The notes under the pieces were generated by a model. That model was not told the origin of the DNA. It ran no database searches and saw only the letters and a list, made by a program, of their open reading frames with translations. From positions 4,634 to 68,633 of the forward strand of contig JAUIHE010000001.1 of the NCBI GenBank assembly GCA_030432195.1: a stretch of DNA of 64,000 nt. The letters run 5' to 3'. Shown one piece after another: positions 49,110 through 62,192 of the stretch. The stretch's first letter is position 1. Each line of letters opens with the position of its first letter. The translations under genes were made by a program, and so were the position numbers. The DNA comes from Alphaproteobacteria bacterium (lineage in GTDB: Bacteria; Pseudomonadota; Alphaproteobacteria; UBA7985; JAUIBT01).

Positions 49110-49771
49110 CTGGATTTTGGACCTGCTTTGGCCGCGAGTGGCGCCTCTCCTTACGCCGTACCGGTGACCTTCTGACCGTCGTCATGTTCTTTGCGATCAC
49201 ACTGAGCTTGTTTCCCTTCGGCTTGGGTGTGGGCAAAGACCTGTTGCAACAGACCGCGCCGGCCATCGTCTGGGTCGTGGGCATGCTGGCGGTTCTGCTG
49301 AGTCTGGATGCCTTGTTTGCGCGCGACGAGCGCAGCGGCATGTTGGACCAGATCCTGCTGTCTCCCATCATGAGCCTGGAATACGTGCTGGCCAAATGGC
49401 TGGTCCATTGGTTGCTGACGGCCTTGCCGCTGGTCGCCATGACGCCGGTCATGACGCTGCTGTACTTCCTGCCGGGGCAAGCCACCCTCTTGCTGGTGTT
49501 GAGCCTCTTGCTGGGGACGCCCAGTCTGACCTCGCTAGGCCTTATCGCCGCCTCCTTGTCATTGGGCGCCCGCAAAGGCGGTCTTTTGATCCCCCTGATT
49601 GCCCTGCCTTTGATGATTCCTGTGTTGATCTTCGGCGTCGGCACGGTCACCTTGAGCCAACAAGCCATGAACGCCGCCAGCGCCTGGTACGCTCTGGCCG
49701 CCCTGGCCTTTTTGTTGCTGCCTGTCAGCCTGGCGACGGCGAGCCTGGCCCTGCATCACAATCGCAGCTAG
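49106..49771 (+). CDS. ccmB: haem exporter permease CcmB
   Basis: 221 aa with six TM segments. The N-terminus, MTGFWTCFGREWRLSLRRTGDLL, matches the CcmB family. Confidence 0.85.
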   Translation: MTGFWTCFGREWRLSLRRTGDLLTVVMFFAITLSLFPFGLGVGKDLLQQTAPAIVWVVGMLAVLLSLDALFARDERSGMLDQILLSPIMSLEYVLAKWLVHWLLTALPLVAMTPVMTLLYFLPGQATLLLVLSLLLGTPSLTSLGLIAASLSLGARKGGLLIPLIALPLMIPVLIFGVGTVTLSQQAMNAASAWYALAALAFLLLPVSLATASLALHHNRS

Positions 49772-49775
49772 CGGG

Positions 49776-50615
49776 CTAGCGGCCTTGGCCGACAACCGCT
49801 TCTGCTTCAAATCGGGTGGGCGCGCTAGCGAGTAAATGGCGATGCCCGATCAAATCCATCTCACGGCGGCCTTGCTGCAAGCTCGCCTCAAGCAGGGCGA
49901 ACAGGCGGTCGGCCACGCTGGCCATCACTTGCGGCATTGCCTGTCCGCGCATCAAGCCATCCAGCATGAGCGCAGAAGCCAGATCGCCCAGTCCATTGGG
50001 CAACGGCGCTTGGTCTGGAACGAGCTTTGGGGTCTCAAGGCGCCATAGCGAAGGGCCCTGTTTGCCCCACATCGCCAAACCCTCTGCACTGGGTACAGAG
50101 GTGACCAGCACCCTAGACGGTGCCCAAGCCGCCAAGACCCGCGGCAGCGCTTCCAAATTTGGACAGGCGGTCAACGTGCAAAATTCAAAATAGTTCAGGC
50201 ACACAGCTTGCGCACGCGCCACCAAGGCCTCGCGATAGATCGGCACCAGCGCCGGATCAACGTAGAGGCCCGGCCCTTCGTCGCCCATCACCGGATCAAG
50301 AAGATAGAAGGCCCGCGGGTGGCGCGCCAAATGATCGGCCAGCGCCTGAGCCTGTGTCGCACTTGCGAGATAGCCGCTCAGCACGCTAGTGTTTGCCCAA
50401 TCAAGGTGCGGATCCAAGCCCGCCAACCCCCGCGCCACGTCCAGCGGTTCGCCCAGGGCCTGCCAGTGGCCATAGCCCTTGTGATTGCTCAGGCTAATCG
50501 ACGCCAGCGGCCAGACCTCACGCCCCAGTTGCTGCAACGCGGGCACCGCCACGGCATTGCCGACATAGCCAAATGCCACATGCGATTGAAGCGAGACCAC
50601 AGAGTAGCTATTCAT
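49776..50615 (-). CDS. pdxY: pyridoxal kinase
   Basis: From the ATG at 50615 it reads MNSYSVVSLQSHVAFGYVGNAVAVPALQQLG, the PdxY N-terminal signature. The fold is ribokinase-like. Confidence 0.75.
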   Translation of the reverse strand: MNSYSVVSLQSHVAFGYVGNAVAVPALQQLGREVWPLASISLSNHKGYGHWQALGEPLDVARGLAGLDPHLDWANTSVLSGYLASATQAQALADHLARHPRAFYLLDPVMGDEGPGLYVDPALVPIYREALVARAQAVCLNYFEFCTLTACPNLEALPRVLAAWAPSRVLVTSVPSAEGLAMWGKQGPSLWRLETPKLVPDQAPLPNGLGDLASALMLDGLMRGQAMPQVMASVADRLFALLEASLQQGRREMDLIGHRHLLASAPTRFEAEAVVGQGR

Positions 50616-50721
50616 AGGCACCAAATCCGTATTCTTTGTTCGGGCGAGCTGTTCAGCCAGGCGCGCCAGGCACGCGGATTTCCAACTCGCAAGACTATCC
50701 CACAATAAGAGAGACACGTTC

Positions 50722-51570
50722 ATGCCCCAAAATAGCATCACCCGCTACCGCTCTGTCCTCTATGTGCCTGCCGCCAACGAGCGGGCCATGTCCAAGTTGG
50801 GCCAACTTCAGGCTGATGTCATCGTATTGGATCTTGAAGATAGCGCCCTGCCCGAGGCCAAAGCAGAGGCTCGCAACCGCATCCGGTCCGTTTTTGTTGC
50901 CGACCGCCCCGTCAAGGCCCGGCTAGCGGTGCGCGTCAACGCAACCGATACCGTCTTTCACGCCGCTGATTTGGCTTTGCTGGAACAAATCCGCCCCGAA
51001 ATTCTGGTCCTTCCCAAGGTCGAAAGCGCGGAGCAAGTTCGCGGATTTGCCGCTTCCACGGCGGGTGAAATTTGGCCCATGATCGAGAGCCCCTTGGGCG
51101 TTTTGAATGCCGCTGAGATCGCCAACGCCAACCACCGCGTTACCGCGTTGCTTTTAGGTCTGGAAGACTATGCCAAGGAGCTGGGCGTTCGCCTGGCCGC
51201 GGACCGTTCGAACGTGGCCTTTGTCATGCAGCAGGTGGCAGTGGCCGCAAAGGCCATGGGCCGACGGGTGATCGACGGCGTACATGCCAACGTGAAAGAT
51301 GACGACGGCTTCACGGCCGCCGCCCTGCAAGCAAAATCCTTTGGCTATGACGGAAAATCGCTCATTCACCCCGCGACCATTGAGGTCTGCCATCGTGCCT
51401 TTGGGCCTAGCGCGGCGGAGATTGAGGAGGCTCAAGCCATGGTGGAGGCCTTCGCCCAAGCCAAGGCTGAGGGCAAATCGATTGCGCGCCTGGGCGGGCA
51501 AATGATCGAGGCGCTGCACGCCGCGCAAGCCCAAGCTCTGCTCGACCAAGCAGAACGCGACGCGGCCTAG
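50722..51570 (+). CDS. HpcH/HpaI-family aldolase / citrate-lyase beta-subunit-like (CitE-like acyl-CoA lyase)
   Basis: It reads RSVLYVPAANERAMSKLGQLQADVIVLDLEDS, and also has ...LVLPKVESAEQV and ...KSLIHP, typical of CitE/malyl-CoA lyase family members. Confidence 0.75.
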   Translation: MPQNSITRYRSVLYVPAANERAMSKLGQLQADVIVLDLEDSALPEAKAEARNRIRSVFVADRPVKARLAVRVNATDTVFHAADLALLEQIRPEILVLPKVESAEQVRGFAASTAGEIWPMIESPLGVLNAAEIANANHRVTALLLGLEDYAKELGVRLAADRSNVAFVMQQVAVAAKAMGRRVIDGVHANVKDDDGFTAAALQAKSFGYDGKSLIHPATIEVCHRAFGPSAAEIEEAQAMVEAFAQAKAEGKSIARLGGQMIEALHAAQAQALLDQAERDAA

Positions 51571-51582
51571 TTACCGGTGCAT

Positions 51583-51626
51583 AAAAAACCGCCCGGCAGA
51601 CAAAACTGCAGGCGGTTTTAGTTTGG
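51583..51626. terminator. bidirectional intrinsic terminator between the convergent CitE-like and SDR genes
   Basis: AAAAAACCGCCcggCAGacaaaaCTGcaGGCGGTTTTAGTTT: A-tract, 7+3-bp stem, T-tract. It is followed by a GC-rich palindrome, GGCCGTCGGttgggcgGCCGACGG. Confidence 0.55.
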
Positions 51627-51682
51627 GCGGCCGTCGGTTGGGCGGCCGACGGTTGGGCCAGCCCTCGTTCAGCAGGCAATAT

Positions 51683-52474
51683 TTAAGCCCAAATGCCTTT
51701 AATGGCGGCCCCATCGACGCGCACCAGGTTGCCGGTGGCATAGCCCGCGGGCTCTGACAAAAAGAAGGTCGCCACCGCAGCGAACTCTTCTGGCGTCCCA
51801 TAGCGACCAGCCGGAATGGTCGCCTTGGCAGCGTCGCGCACATCGCTGATGGATTTGCCGCTGCGCTCAGCTACAGAAGAATCCAACTCTTCAACGCGCT
51901 CGGTCTGAATGCGACCGGGCATGATCATGTTCACGGTGATGTTGTCCGCGGCCACCTGATCCGCCAGGGTCTTGCCATAGGCGGCAATCGAGGCCCGCAG
52001 CGTGTTTGACACCGCCAACACCGGGATGGGTTGCACGATACCGCTGGAGGTAATGACCATGATGCGCCCGAACTTTTGTTCTTTCATACGCGCAACCGCG
52101 GCATCCATCAGCGCGATCATCGGCGATACCATCGCCCCGAAATCGTGACGCCAGACTTCATCGGGGATGCCCGGCGCGGCGGCGGGCTTGGGTCCGCCGG
52201 TGTTGGCCAGCAAGCAGTCCAGGCGATCGACCGACCCAATCCAATCCAGCAATGCGCCCGTGCTGGCGCTGTCGGCGGTATCAACGGCCATGGTCTCAAC
52301 GCTAACACCGTGGCTTGTCGTCAATTCTTGCGCGAGAGCGTCCAGGCTCTGCTTATTGCGCGCTGTCAGCATAAGGTTAGCCCCTTCGGCTGCCATAGCG
52401 CGCGCGATTGCTTTGCCCAGACCGCGCGATGCGCCCATTACCAGGGCTTTTCGACCCTTAAGACCCAAATCCAT
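51683..52474 (-). CDS. SDR-family oxidoreductase
   Basis: From the ATG at 52474 it reads MDLGLKGRKALVMGASRGLGKAIA (a TGxxxGxG-type cofactor motif). There is a strong ribosome-binding site (GAGAGGAAAATAAAATG). Confidence 0.8.
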   Translation of the reverse strand: MDLGLKGRKALVMGASRGLGKAIARAMAAEGANLMLTARNKQSLDALAQELTTSHGVSVETMAVDTADSASTGALLDWIGSVDRLDCLLANTGGPKPAAAPGIPDEVWRHDFGAMVSPMIALMDAAVARMKEQKFGRIMVITSSGIVQPIPVLAVSNTLRASIAAYGKTLADQVAADNITVNMIMPGRIQTERVEELDSSVAERSGKSISDVRDAAKATIPAGRYGTPEEFAAVATFFLSEPAGYATGNLVRVDGAAIKGIWA

Positions 52475-52727
52475 TTTATTTTCCTCTCGATAACAGCATG
52501 ACGGCATTGTTTTGCCTGCTTACAGGCAGTATTGCTAGCCTAGGCTGTCGGTTCAAAACCCTATTGGCGCACAACTGGCTCAATTTGCAGGCACCCATGC
52601 AATCTGCCTTACGGCAACATGCAGTGCGACACAAGGGGAGCAGCGAACCGATCACAGTTCAACTCGGCTTGATTGCCCCCAAAGCCAAGGGTCAGATAGC
52701 CGATTTAATAGGATCGCTGGAGGCAGG

Positions 52728-56591
<3,864 letters not shown>

Positions 56592-56698
56592 GGTCAGAAG
56601 CATCGGCCTTGGCCAATGCTGGGGTCGATCACTGGGTCAGATCACTGGGTCATGAAGGGGCAACGAGCAAACCGCGGCATCAAGAACCAGTTACAGCG

Positions 56699-57409
56699 CT
56701 AGGCCAGTTGCAGCTCCCGTGGGCTCTCAAAGCCCGTTAAGCGCAAATCAGCCAGATTGAGGCCGGGCATCATATTGCCGGGCATCATGTTGCCTGCTTC
56801 AAGATTGGCTTGAGGGCTGCCTGCTTCCTCCCCAGGCTTGGGTCCAAGCGACTGCCAGGCCCCATTGAGCGCAAAGCGGGCCAGTGCTGCAGTTGGGAAT
56901 TTCTGTGCCAAGCGCGCGCTCGCCCCTTGATCTTGCTCGCCGGGCCAGGCCATGGTGGCGGCCAAGCAAAACGCCTGCAAGCCAGGATTGTGGCCAATCA
57001 AAAGCACGCGGCGGGCCTTGGGCCACACATAGTCGCGCAGTGCTTTGGCTATGGTCACTGGATCCGCCAAATACAGGCTGTCCAAAAACATGGGCGGGCG
57101 GGACAGACCGCCTTCAAGACCCAGCAAATCCCAGGTTTGACGCGTTCGCTTCGCTGCGGAGACCAAGACGCAATCAACCGGCTGTTCAATTAGACTTGAG
57201 ATGAAGCGGCCCATAAGCGGTGCGGCGGCTCGGCCGCGCTCGTTCAAGGGGCGGTCAAAATCCTGCAGGCCTTCATTGCTCCAAGACGATTTGGCGTGGC
57301 GCAAGATCAACAGCTCTTTGCGGCGCCCCAGCGGCCCGACAGACGCCGACGTCTCGTTGCTTCCTGCCTCGCGGGCGTGCACCGGAGGGTCTACAAGATG
57401 CTTAGCCAT
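56699..57409 (-). CDS. sixA: histidine-phosphatase-family protein (SixA-like phosphohistidine phosphatase) with N- and C-terminal extensions
   Basis: It has the motif LLILRHAKSSW and a conserved histidine-phosphatase core. The C-terminal tail contains a GNMMPGNMMPG repeat (15 bp, two copies). The start is uncertain. Confidence 0.7.
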   Translation of the reverse strand: MAKHLVDPPVHAREAGSNETSASVGPLGRRKELLILRHAKSSWSNEGLQDFDRPLNERGRAAAPLMGRFISSLIEQPVDCVLVSAAKRTRQTWDLLGLEGGLSRPPMFLDSLYLADPVTIAKALRDYVWPKARRVLLIGHNPGLQAFCLAATMAWPGEQDQGASARLAQKFPTAALARFALNGAWQSLGPKPGEEAGSPQANLEAGNMMPGNMMPGLNLADLRLTGFESPRELQLA

Positions 57410-57660
57410 AACTGCGCTGGCTCCGCTTGTGCTAGTTCAAGCCGCTTGGCAGAAACGTCACTGCGCAAAACGGTCGTCGGGCAAGCCTAGTGCTGATCTT
57501 CATCGCCTGGCAAGCCTTGATCCCCCCAGCCCGTGCGAGTCTGTGAGCAAGTCTAGGCCTAAGGGCGCAGCGCGCGGGCTTTGCTCTGCCTATTTGATAG
57601 TGCCGCAAATGCACCTAGGGAATCTTTGGCGCAATCCAGGGCGATTGCTCGGGCTTTGCT

Positions 57661-57930
57661 TTAACGCGGATTGCAGTCTGGGCAGGGCTTATTTGCCTCA
57701 TGGTAAAGCTGACAATTGGGGCACTGAACCAAGGTCTTGGCCTGCACCATGTTGGGATTGGCTTGCCCTTTCGAGCGCGCCTGGCGGCTTGACCCTGGCG
57801 CTCTGCGCGCTTGTTCGCGATGGGCGGGCTTGCCGCGCCGCGCTTGATCCAAGCGGCCTAAAACGCGAAAAAGACTCCAGAGCCCAAAAAGGATTAAGGC
57901 AAAAGATACCAGCTTACCGAAAGAAAACAT
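57661..57930 (-). CDS. small membrane-anchored zinc-ribbon protein (hypothetical)
   Basis: 89 aa. It has an N-terminal TM helix (LVSFALILFGLWSLFRVL), a basic linker and a C-terminal CPNC-x10-CPDC motif. It lies directly downstream of sppA on the same strand. Confidence 0.45.
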   Translation of the reverse strand: MFSFGKLVSFALILFGLWSLFRVLGRLDQARRGKPAHREQARRAPGSSRQARSKGQANPNMVQAKTLVQCPNCQLYHEANKPCPDCNPR

Positions 57931-58077
57931 AAAGCCCTGTGCTTGTTTTGACGCCTAGCGTTGTTGCGCCCTGCTTGTTGTCGCCTGACGCCCATCAGGC
58001 CTGGAGCCGCCGCCCCACCTATATGGCGCGTCTTGCCAGCGGCTGGCAAGCCCCTGGGCCTTTGCTCAGGCTTGGCT

Positions 58078-58965
58078 CTAGAGGCCGAATCGAGACCAAA
58101 GCGCTCTTTCTTCCAGCGCGTCCAGGGCTTGCGAGGCCCAGGATCCTTGCTCGCCCTGCCCGGCGGTAAGACCGGTCGCAAGTCCGACCAACCCGCCAAG
58201 CCCAGCACCGCCTGCCCCCATCATGGACAGAAGGCCGCCGCGCCGCTGTTCAAACACCTGGAAGCGCACCTTGGCGTCAAACTTTTCTTGCGCCACGCTC
58301 ATCAGATCGCCCAGACCATCAATCAGCCCCAGCTCGGCCGCCTGCGGGCCCAACCAAACGTCACCGTTCATTAGGGTGGCATCGTCGCCTTGCAGCTTGT
58401 CTTTGCGATGGCCGCGCACATGATCAATAAAGGTCTGGTGCAAGCGTTCCATCAGGCCCTCCAACCAGGCCTTGTCGCTGTCCTTTTCCGGCTGGAACGG
58501 GTCCAGCTTGAGCTTGTTTTCGCCCGCCGTCGTGACACGACGATCAATGCCATAGCGACCCATCAGCTCGTTAAAGCCAAAGCCGGCCCGAATGACCCCG
58601 ATCGACCCAACAATCGAGGCCGAATCCGCGAAGATTTCATCGGCGGCGCAAGCAATCCAATACCCCCCCGACGCCGCCACGTCCTCGACCACGGCAAAGA
58701 CCGGCTTCTTGTGCTTTTCAGCCAGATAGCGAATCCGCCTAGCAACCAGCGAGGACTGAACGGGTGAACCGCCCGGTGAATTGATGACTAAGAACACGGC
58801 TTTGCTTGCTTTGAATCGAAAGGCGCGCTCCAGCGGGCCCGCGGCCGTCTCAATATTGATATTCTTGGAAAATCTGCCGCCACCGCTGGCGATCGTTCCT
58901 TGCAAACGCACTACCGAAACGGTTGGTCCCGTGCGGGTAATCTTCGATTTCGTCCAGTGCAGCAT
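58078..58965 (-). CDS. sppA: signal peptide peptidase SppA (S49 family, 36K type)
   Basis: It has S49 motifs: ...FLVINSPGGSPVQS (catalytic Ser) and ...VAASGGYWIACAADEIF... (catalytic Lys region). Confidence 0.85.
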   Translation of the reverse strand: MLHWTKSKITRTGPTVSVVRLQGTIASGGGRFSKNINIETAAGPLERAFRFKASKAVFLVINSPGGSPVQSSLVARRIRYLAEKHKKPVFAVVEDVAASGGYWIACAADEIFADSASIVGSIGVIRAGFGFNELMGRYGIDRRVTTAGENKLKLDPFQPEKDSDKAWLEGLMERLHQTFIDHVRGHRKDKLQGDDATLMNGDVWLGPQAAELGLIDGLGDLMSVAQEKFDAKVRFQVFEQRRGGLLSMMGAGGAGLGGLVGLATGLTAGQGEQGSWASQALDALEERALWSRFGL

Positions 58966-59215
58966 GAACGCCTGCCTCCTTCAACTCGTATCAACTATGG
59001 CAAAAGCCAGACCAATTGGGGTGCTTTGGTGATCGGAGCATGCCGTCGTTGCAACCTGCGGTAATCTACCTTAAGTTGCTGGCATTTCACAAATCCCATT
59101 TCGAAATAGCAATATTGTGCCAACCCATCAGGCTCGCTCCTCGTTAAGTAGGGCGCCGCGCCCCATACATCAACACTCCCGCCGCGTTGATCGTAGAGCA
59201 AAGGTCAACTGGCTT

Positions 59216-62140
59216 ATGCTTCTGCTGTCCGGCTTGCTGTTTCCCGCCCGCGCCCTTTGGCGGCTGTTTGCGGTGCAACTGTCCTTGCCGCTGGTGCGCT
59301 TTACCGCGTTTATGGTCACTTGGTTGGCCAGCGCCTTGGCGGTCGCCTGCTTGAGCGGCGTGGTGGCCTTCTTTATGATCGCCAGCACCGTTCCCGATCC
59401 TTCCCCTTTGTATCGCTATCGTCCTGTCGTCGCCACCGAAGTGACCGATCAGACCGGCAGCGCCATGTTCCGTTTATCGCGCGAATACCGCTTGTTTGTG
59501 CCCTACGAGGACCTGCCGGACCACCTGATCTATGCCTTCTTGGTGGCGGAGGATCAGCGTTTCTTTGAACACAGTGGGGTGGATGGGATTTCGTTGCTGC
59601 GCGCCGCGGTTGCTAACATCAAGCGCTCCTACCAAAAGCAGCGCGCCTTGGGAGGATCGACCATCACCCAGCAGGTCGCAAAGATGTATGTCGGCGCCGA
59701 TCGAACTTTTATGCGCAAGCTGCGCGAAGCCATCCTGGCCGCCAAGCTGGAACAGCGCCTCGAGAAGTCCCAAATCCTTGAAATCTATCTCAATGAGGTG
59801 TTCTTTGGCGTCAATACCTATGGGGTCGGCGCCGCTTCAGAACGTTACTTTGGAAAGTCTGTCAAAGACTTAGACCTCAGCGAAGCCGCCTTCCTAGCCG
59901 CGCTTCCCAAGGGCCCGAACAACTACCACCCATTGCGCCATCCACAAGCGGCCAAGGAGCGGCGCGATTGGGTGCTGGCGCGCCTGGCCGAAGCTGGCAT
60001 CATTTCTGACCTGGATGCGCAATACGCAGCGGCCCAAAGCCTACCCCAGACCATACACTATGGTCTGCGCGGGTCGCCCAGCAGCTATTTTGATTTGGAA
60101 GTCCAGCGCGAGCTGGAACAGCGCTTTGGTGAGACGGCGATTTTCTCGCAAGGGCTGCAAGCACGCTCGAGCCTTGATCCAGAGCTGCAGCAACTGGCCG
60201 AAATGACCCTGCAAGAGCACATCTTGACTTTGGATGCCAAAGAAGGTTTTCGGGGGCCTATCCAGCGCTTCAATCTGAACGACAAAGGCTGGGATCGTGC
60301 CTTCTTGGATCTGCAGCTTGCACAGGTGTTCCCAGGCTGGCGACCAGCACTCGTCGTCCAAACCAGTGGCGAACAAGCGCGCCTGCTGTTTAAAACCGGC
60401 GAAGAAGGGCGCATGCGTTTTGAGGATATGGCCTGGGCGCGCCCCTATCGCTTCGGACTGGGGCCCGGCCCCTATCCCCAGCGCGTCGATCAAGCGCTGT
60501 TTCCTGGCGATGTGATCTGGGTTGAGGCCTTGGCTGAGCGGCCCGCGGTGCTGCAAAATGAGCGTCCGGCGCCAGAACCGGCGCTACCGGGCAATGCCGC
60601 CTCTCTGCTCAACGCTGCCTATCATGAAATCAGCACCAAGGCCGACGAACCCGACCAGGCGACCAGCCAAGGCCTACCGCGCTATCGCTTGCGCCAACTG
60701 CCGCTGCTCAGCGGCGCGGCTCTGGTCATGGACACGAAGACCGCGCAAATCAAAGCTCTGGTTGGCGGTGTCTCGCCCAAGCTCTCCAGCTTCAATCGCG
60801 CCACCCAAGCCCTGCGCCAGCCGGGTTCAACCATCAAACCTTTCGTGGCTTTGGCTGCACTCGACGCTGGCCTGACGCCCAAGACCAAACTGCTCGACAA
60901 GAAGCTGACCATCACTTCACCCGGCGCGCCCGACTGGAGCCCGCAAAACTATGACCGCGAATTTTGGGGGCCAATTAGCCTGACCAAAGCGCTGACCTAT
61001 TCGCGCAACGTGCCCATGGTACGGCTCTATGAAAAGCTCGGCCTTGAGCCGATCAATCAGACCCTTCAGGCCCTTCAGCTCTATGACCGCCCAGTGACCA
61101 ATCCCTCGGTTGTCTTGGGTGCGAACGAGACCAGCCTTATGCGCTTGGCGGCCGCCTATGCCGCGATTGCCAACGGCGGTGTCTATCAACAACCGACGAC
61201 CCTAGCCCAGGTCGAGGACGCCGACGGGGTCTTGCTGTTCAGCGCGCAAGAAGCAAGCCGGGAGCAGTGCCTCATGTCCGCCTTTTGCCAGCTTTTGGAA
61301 GCCCGAAACGCCTCAAGCCCAGAGGCCGCGACCGCGCTGCAAGGCATGCTGCGGAAAGTCATGACCGACGGGACCGGACGCGCGACCCAAGCCAAGGTGC
61401 CCTACCCCTTGATGGGCAAGACCGGCACCAGCAACTCGGCGCGCGATGCTTGGTTCATCGGATTTGACGAGCATACCTTGATCGCTGTCTTTGTTGGCTA
61501 TGACACGCCGGAATCGCTAGGCAAGAAGGCGACAGGCGGCGGCATCGCTGGTCCGATTTTTGCTGATCTTTTCAACGGCATGCGCGATTGGCAAAACGGT
61601 CAGCTCTCGATCGCGATGAAGGCCCGCGGCTTTCGGGTCGGGCGTGCCTTCGACCGTGAGGCTGAACGCGGTCTGGCCGCCGTCGGGCGCCCGCAGGACG
61701 GGGCCACACCCGAGGCGAAACCTGCAACCAGGCCCAAGACCGCCAAGGCTACCGCCGCATCCAAGCAACGGCAGGCGAAGACACCCAGCGCCCGCCCTCA
61801 GACCGTCGGGCTCGTCACGGATCATCCCTCAGGTTTGGTCACAGGCGCCAGTGGGACGGTGTTGCCTGGCGCCGGCTATGCCCTGCCAGGCGATGCCAAC
61901 CAAGGCACCGCAAACAACGGCTACGCGACAAACAACGCTTACGCGGGCCAAGGCTATGTCGTGCCAGGATTTACCAACCAGGGATATGTTAACCAGGGCT
62001 ATAGCAATCAGGGCTTTGGCAATCAGGGCATCTTCGCTTCACCGCCGCCCGTACCGCAGGTGCTCTACCCCGCGCCCGCGCCGGTTCTGGTGCCGCAATC
62101 TTATTACGGCCAGCCGGTCTTCGTCCCGCTGACCCGCTAG
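59216..62140 (+). CDS. mrcA: penicillin-binding protein 1A (bifunctional transglycosylase/transpeptidase)
   Basis: The glycosyltransferase motifs EDQRFFEHSGVD and RKLREAILAAKLE are present, and the transpeptidase motifs STIKP, SRN and KTGT. The C-terminal tail is N/Q/G/Y-rich (NQGYVNQGYSNQGFGNQG). The start is set at the ATG at 59216, before the TM helix; the track starts at 59117. Confidence 0.9.
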   Translation: MLLLSGLLFPARALWRLFAVQLSLPLVRFTAFMVTWLASALAVACLSGVVAFFMIASTVPDPSPLYRYRPVVATEVTDQTGSAMFRLSREYRLFVPYEDLPDHLIYAFLVAEDQRFFEHSGVDGISLLRAAVANIKRSYQKQRALGGSTITQQVAKMYVGADRTFMRKLREAILAAKLEQRLEKSQILEIYLNEVFFGVNTYGVGAASERYFGKSVKDLDLSEAAFLAALPKGPNNYHPLRHPQAAKERRDWVLARLAEAGIISDLDAQYAAAQSLPQTIHYGLRGSPSSYFDLEVQRELEQRFGETAIFSQGLQARSSLDPELQQLAEMTLQEHILTLDAKEGFRGPIQRFNLNDKGWDRAFLDLQLAQVFPGWRPALVVQTSGEQARLLFKTGEEGRMRFEDMAWARPYRFGLGPGPYPQRVDQALFPGDVIWVEALAERPAVLQNERPAPEPALPGNAASLLNAAYHEISTKADEPDQATSQGLPRYRLRQLPLLSGAALVMDTKTAQIKALVGGVSPKLSSFNRATQALRQPGSTIKPFVALAALDAGLTPKTKLLDKKLTITSPGAPDWSPQNYDREFWGPISLTKALTYSRNVPMVRLYEKLGLEPINQTLQALQLYDRPVTNPSVVLGANETSLMRLAAAYAAIANGGVYQQPTTLAQVEDADGVLLFSAQEASREQCLMSAFCQLLEARNASSPEAATALQGMLRKVMTDGTGRATQAKVPYPLMGKTGTSNSARDAWFIGFDEHTLIAVFVGYDTPESLGKKATGGGIAGPIFADLFNGMRDWQNGQLSIAMKARGFRVGRAFDREAERGLAAVGRPQDGATPEAKPATRPKTAKATAASKQRQAKTPSARPQTVGLVTDHPSGLVTGASGTVLPGAGYALPGDANQGTANNGYATNNAYAGQGYVVPGFTNQGYVNQGYSNQGFGNQGIFASPPPVPQVLYPAPAPVLVPQSYYGQPVFVPLTR

Positions 62141-62192
62141 GCCCGGCCTAGCCACTAGTGGCCTTTGGTGGCCGCCCAGTGGCCGCGCAATC

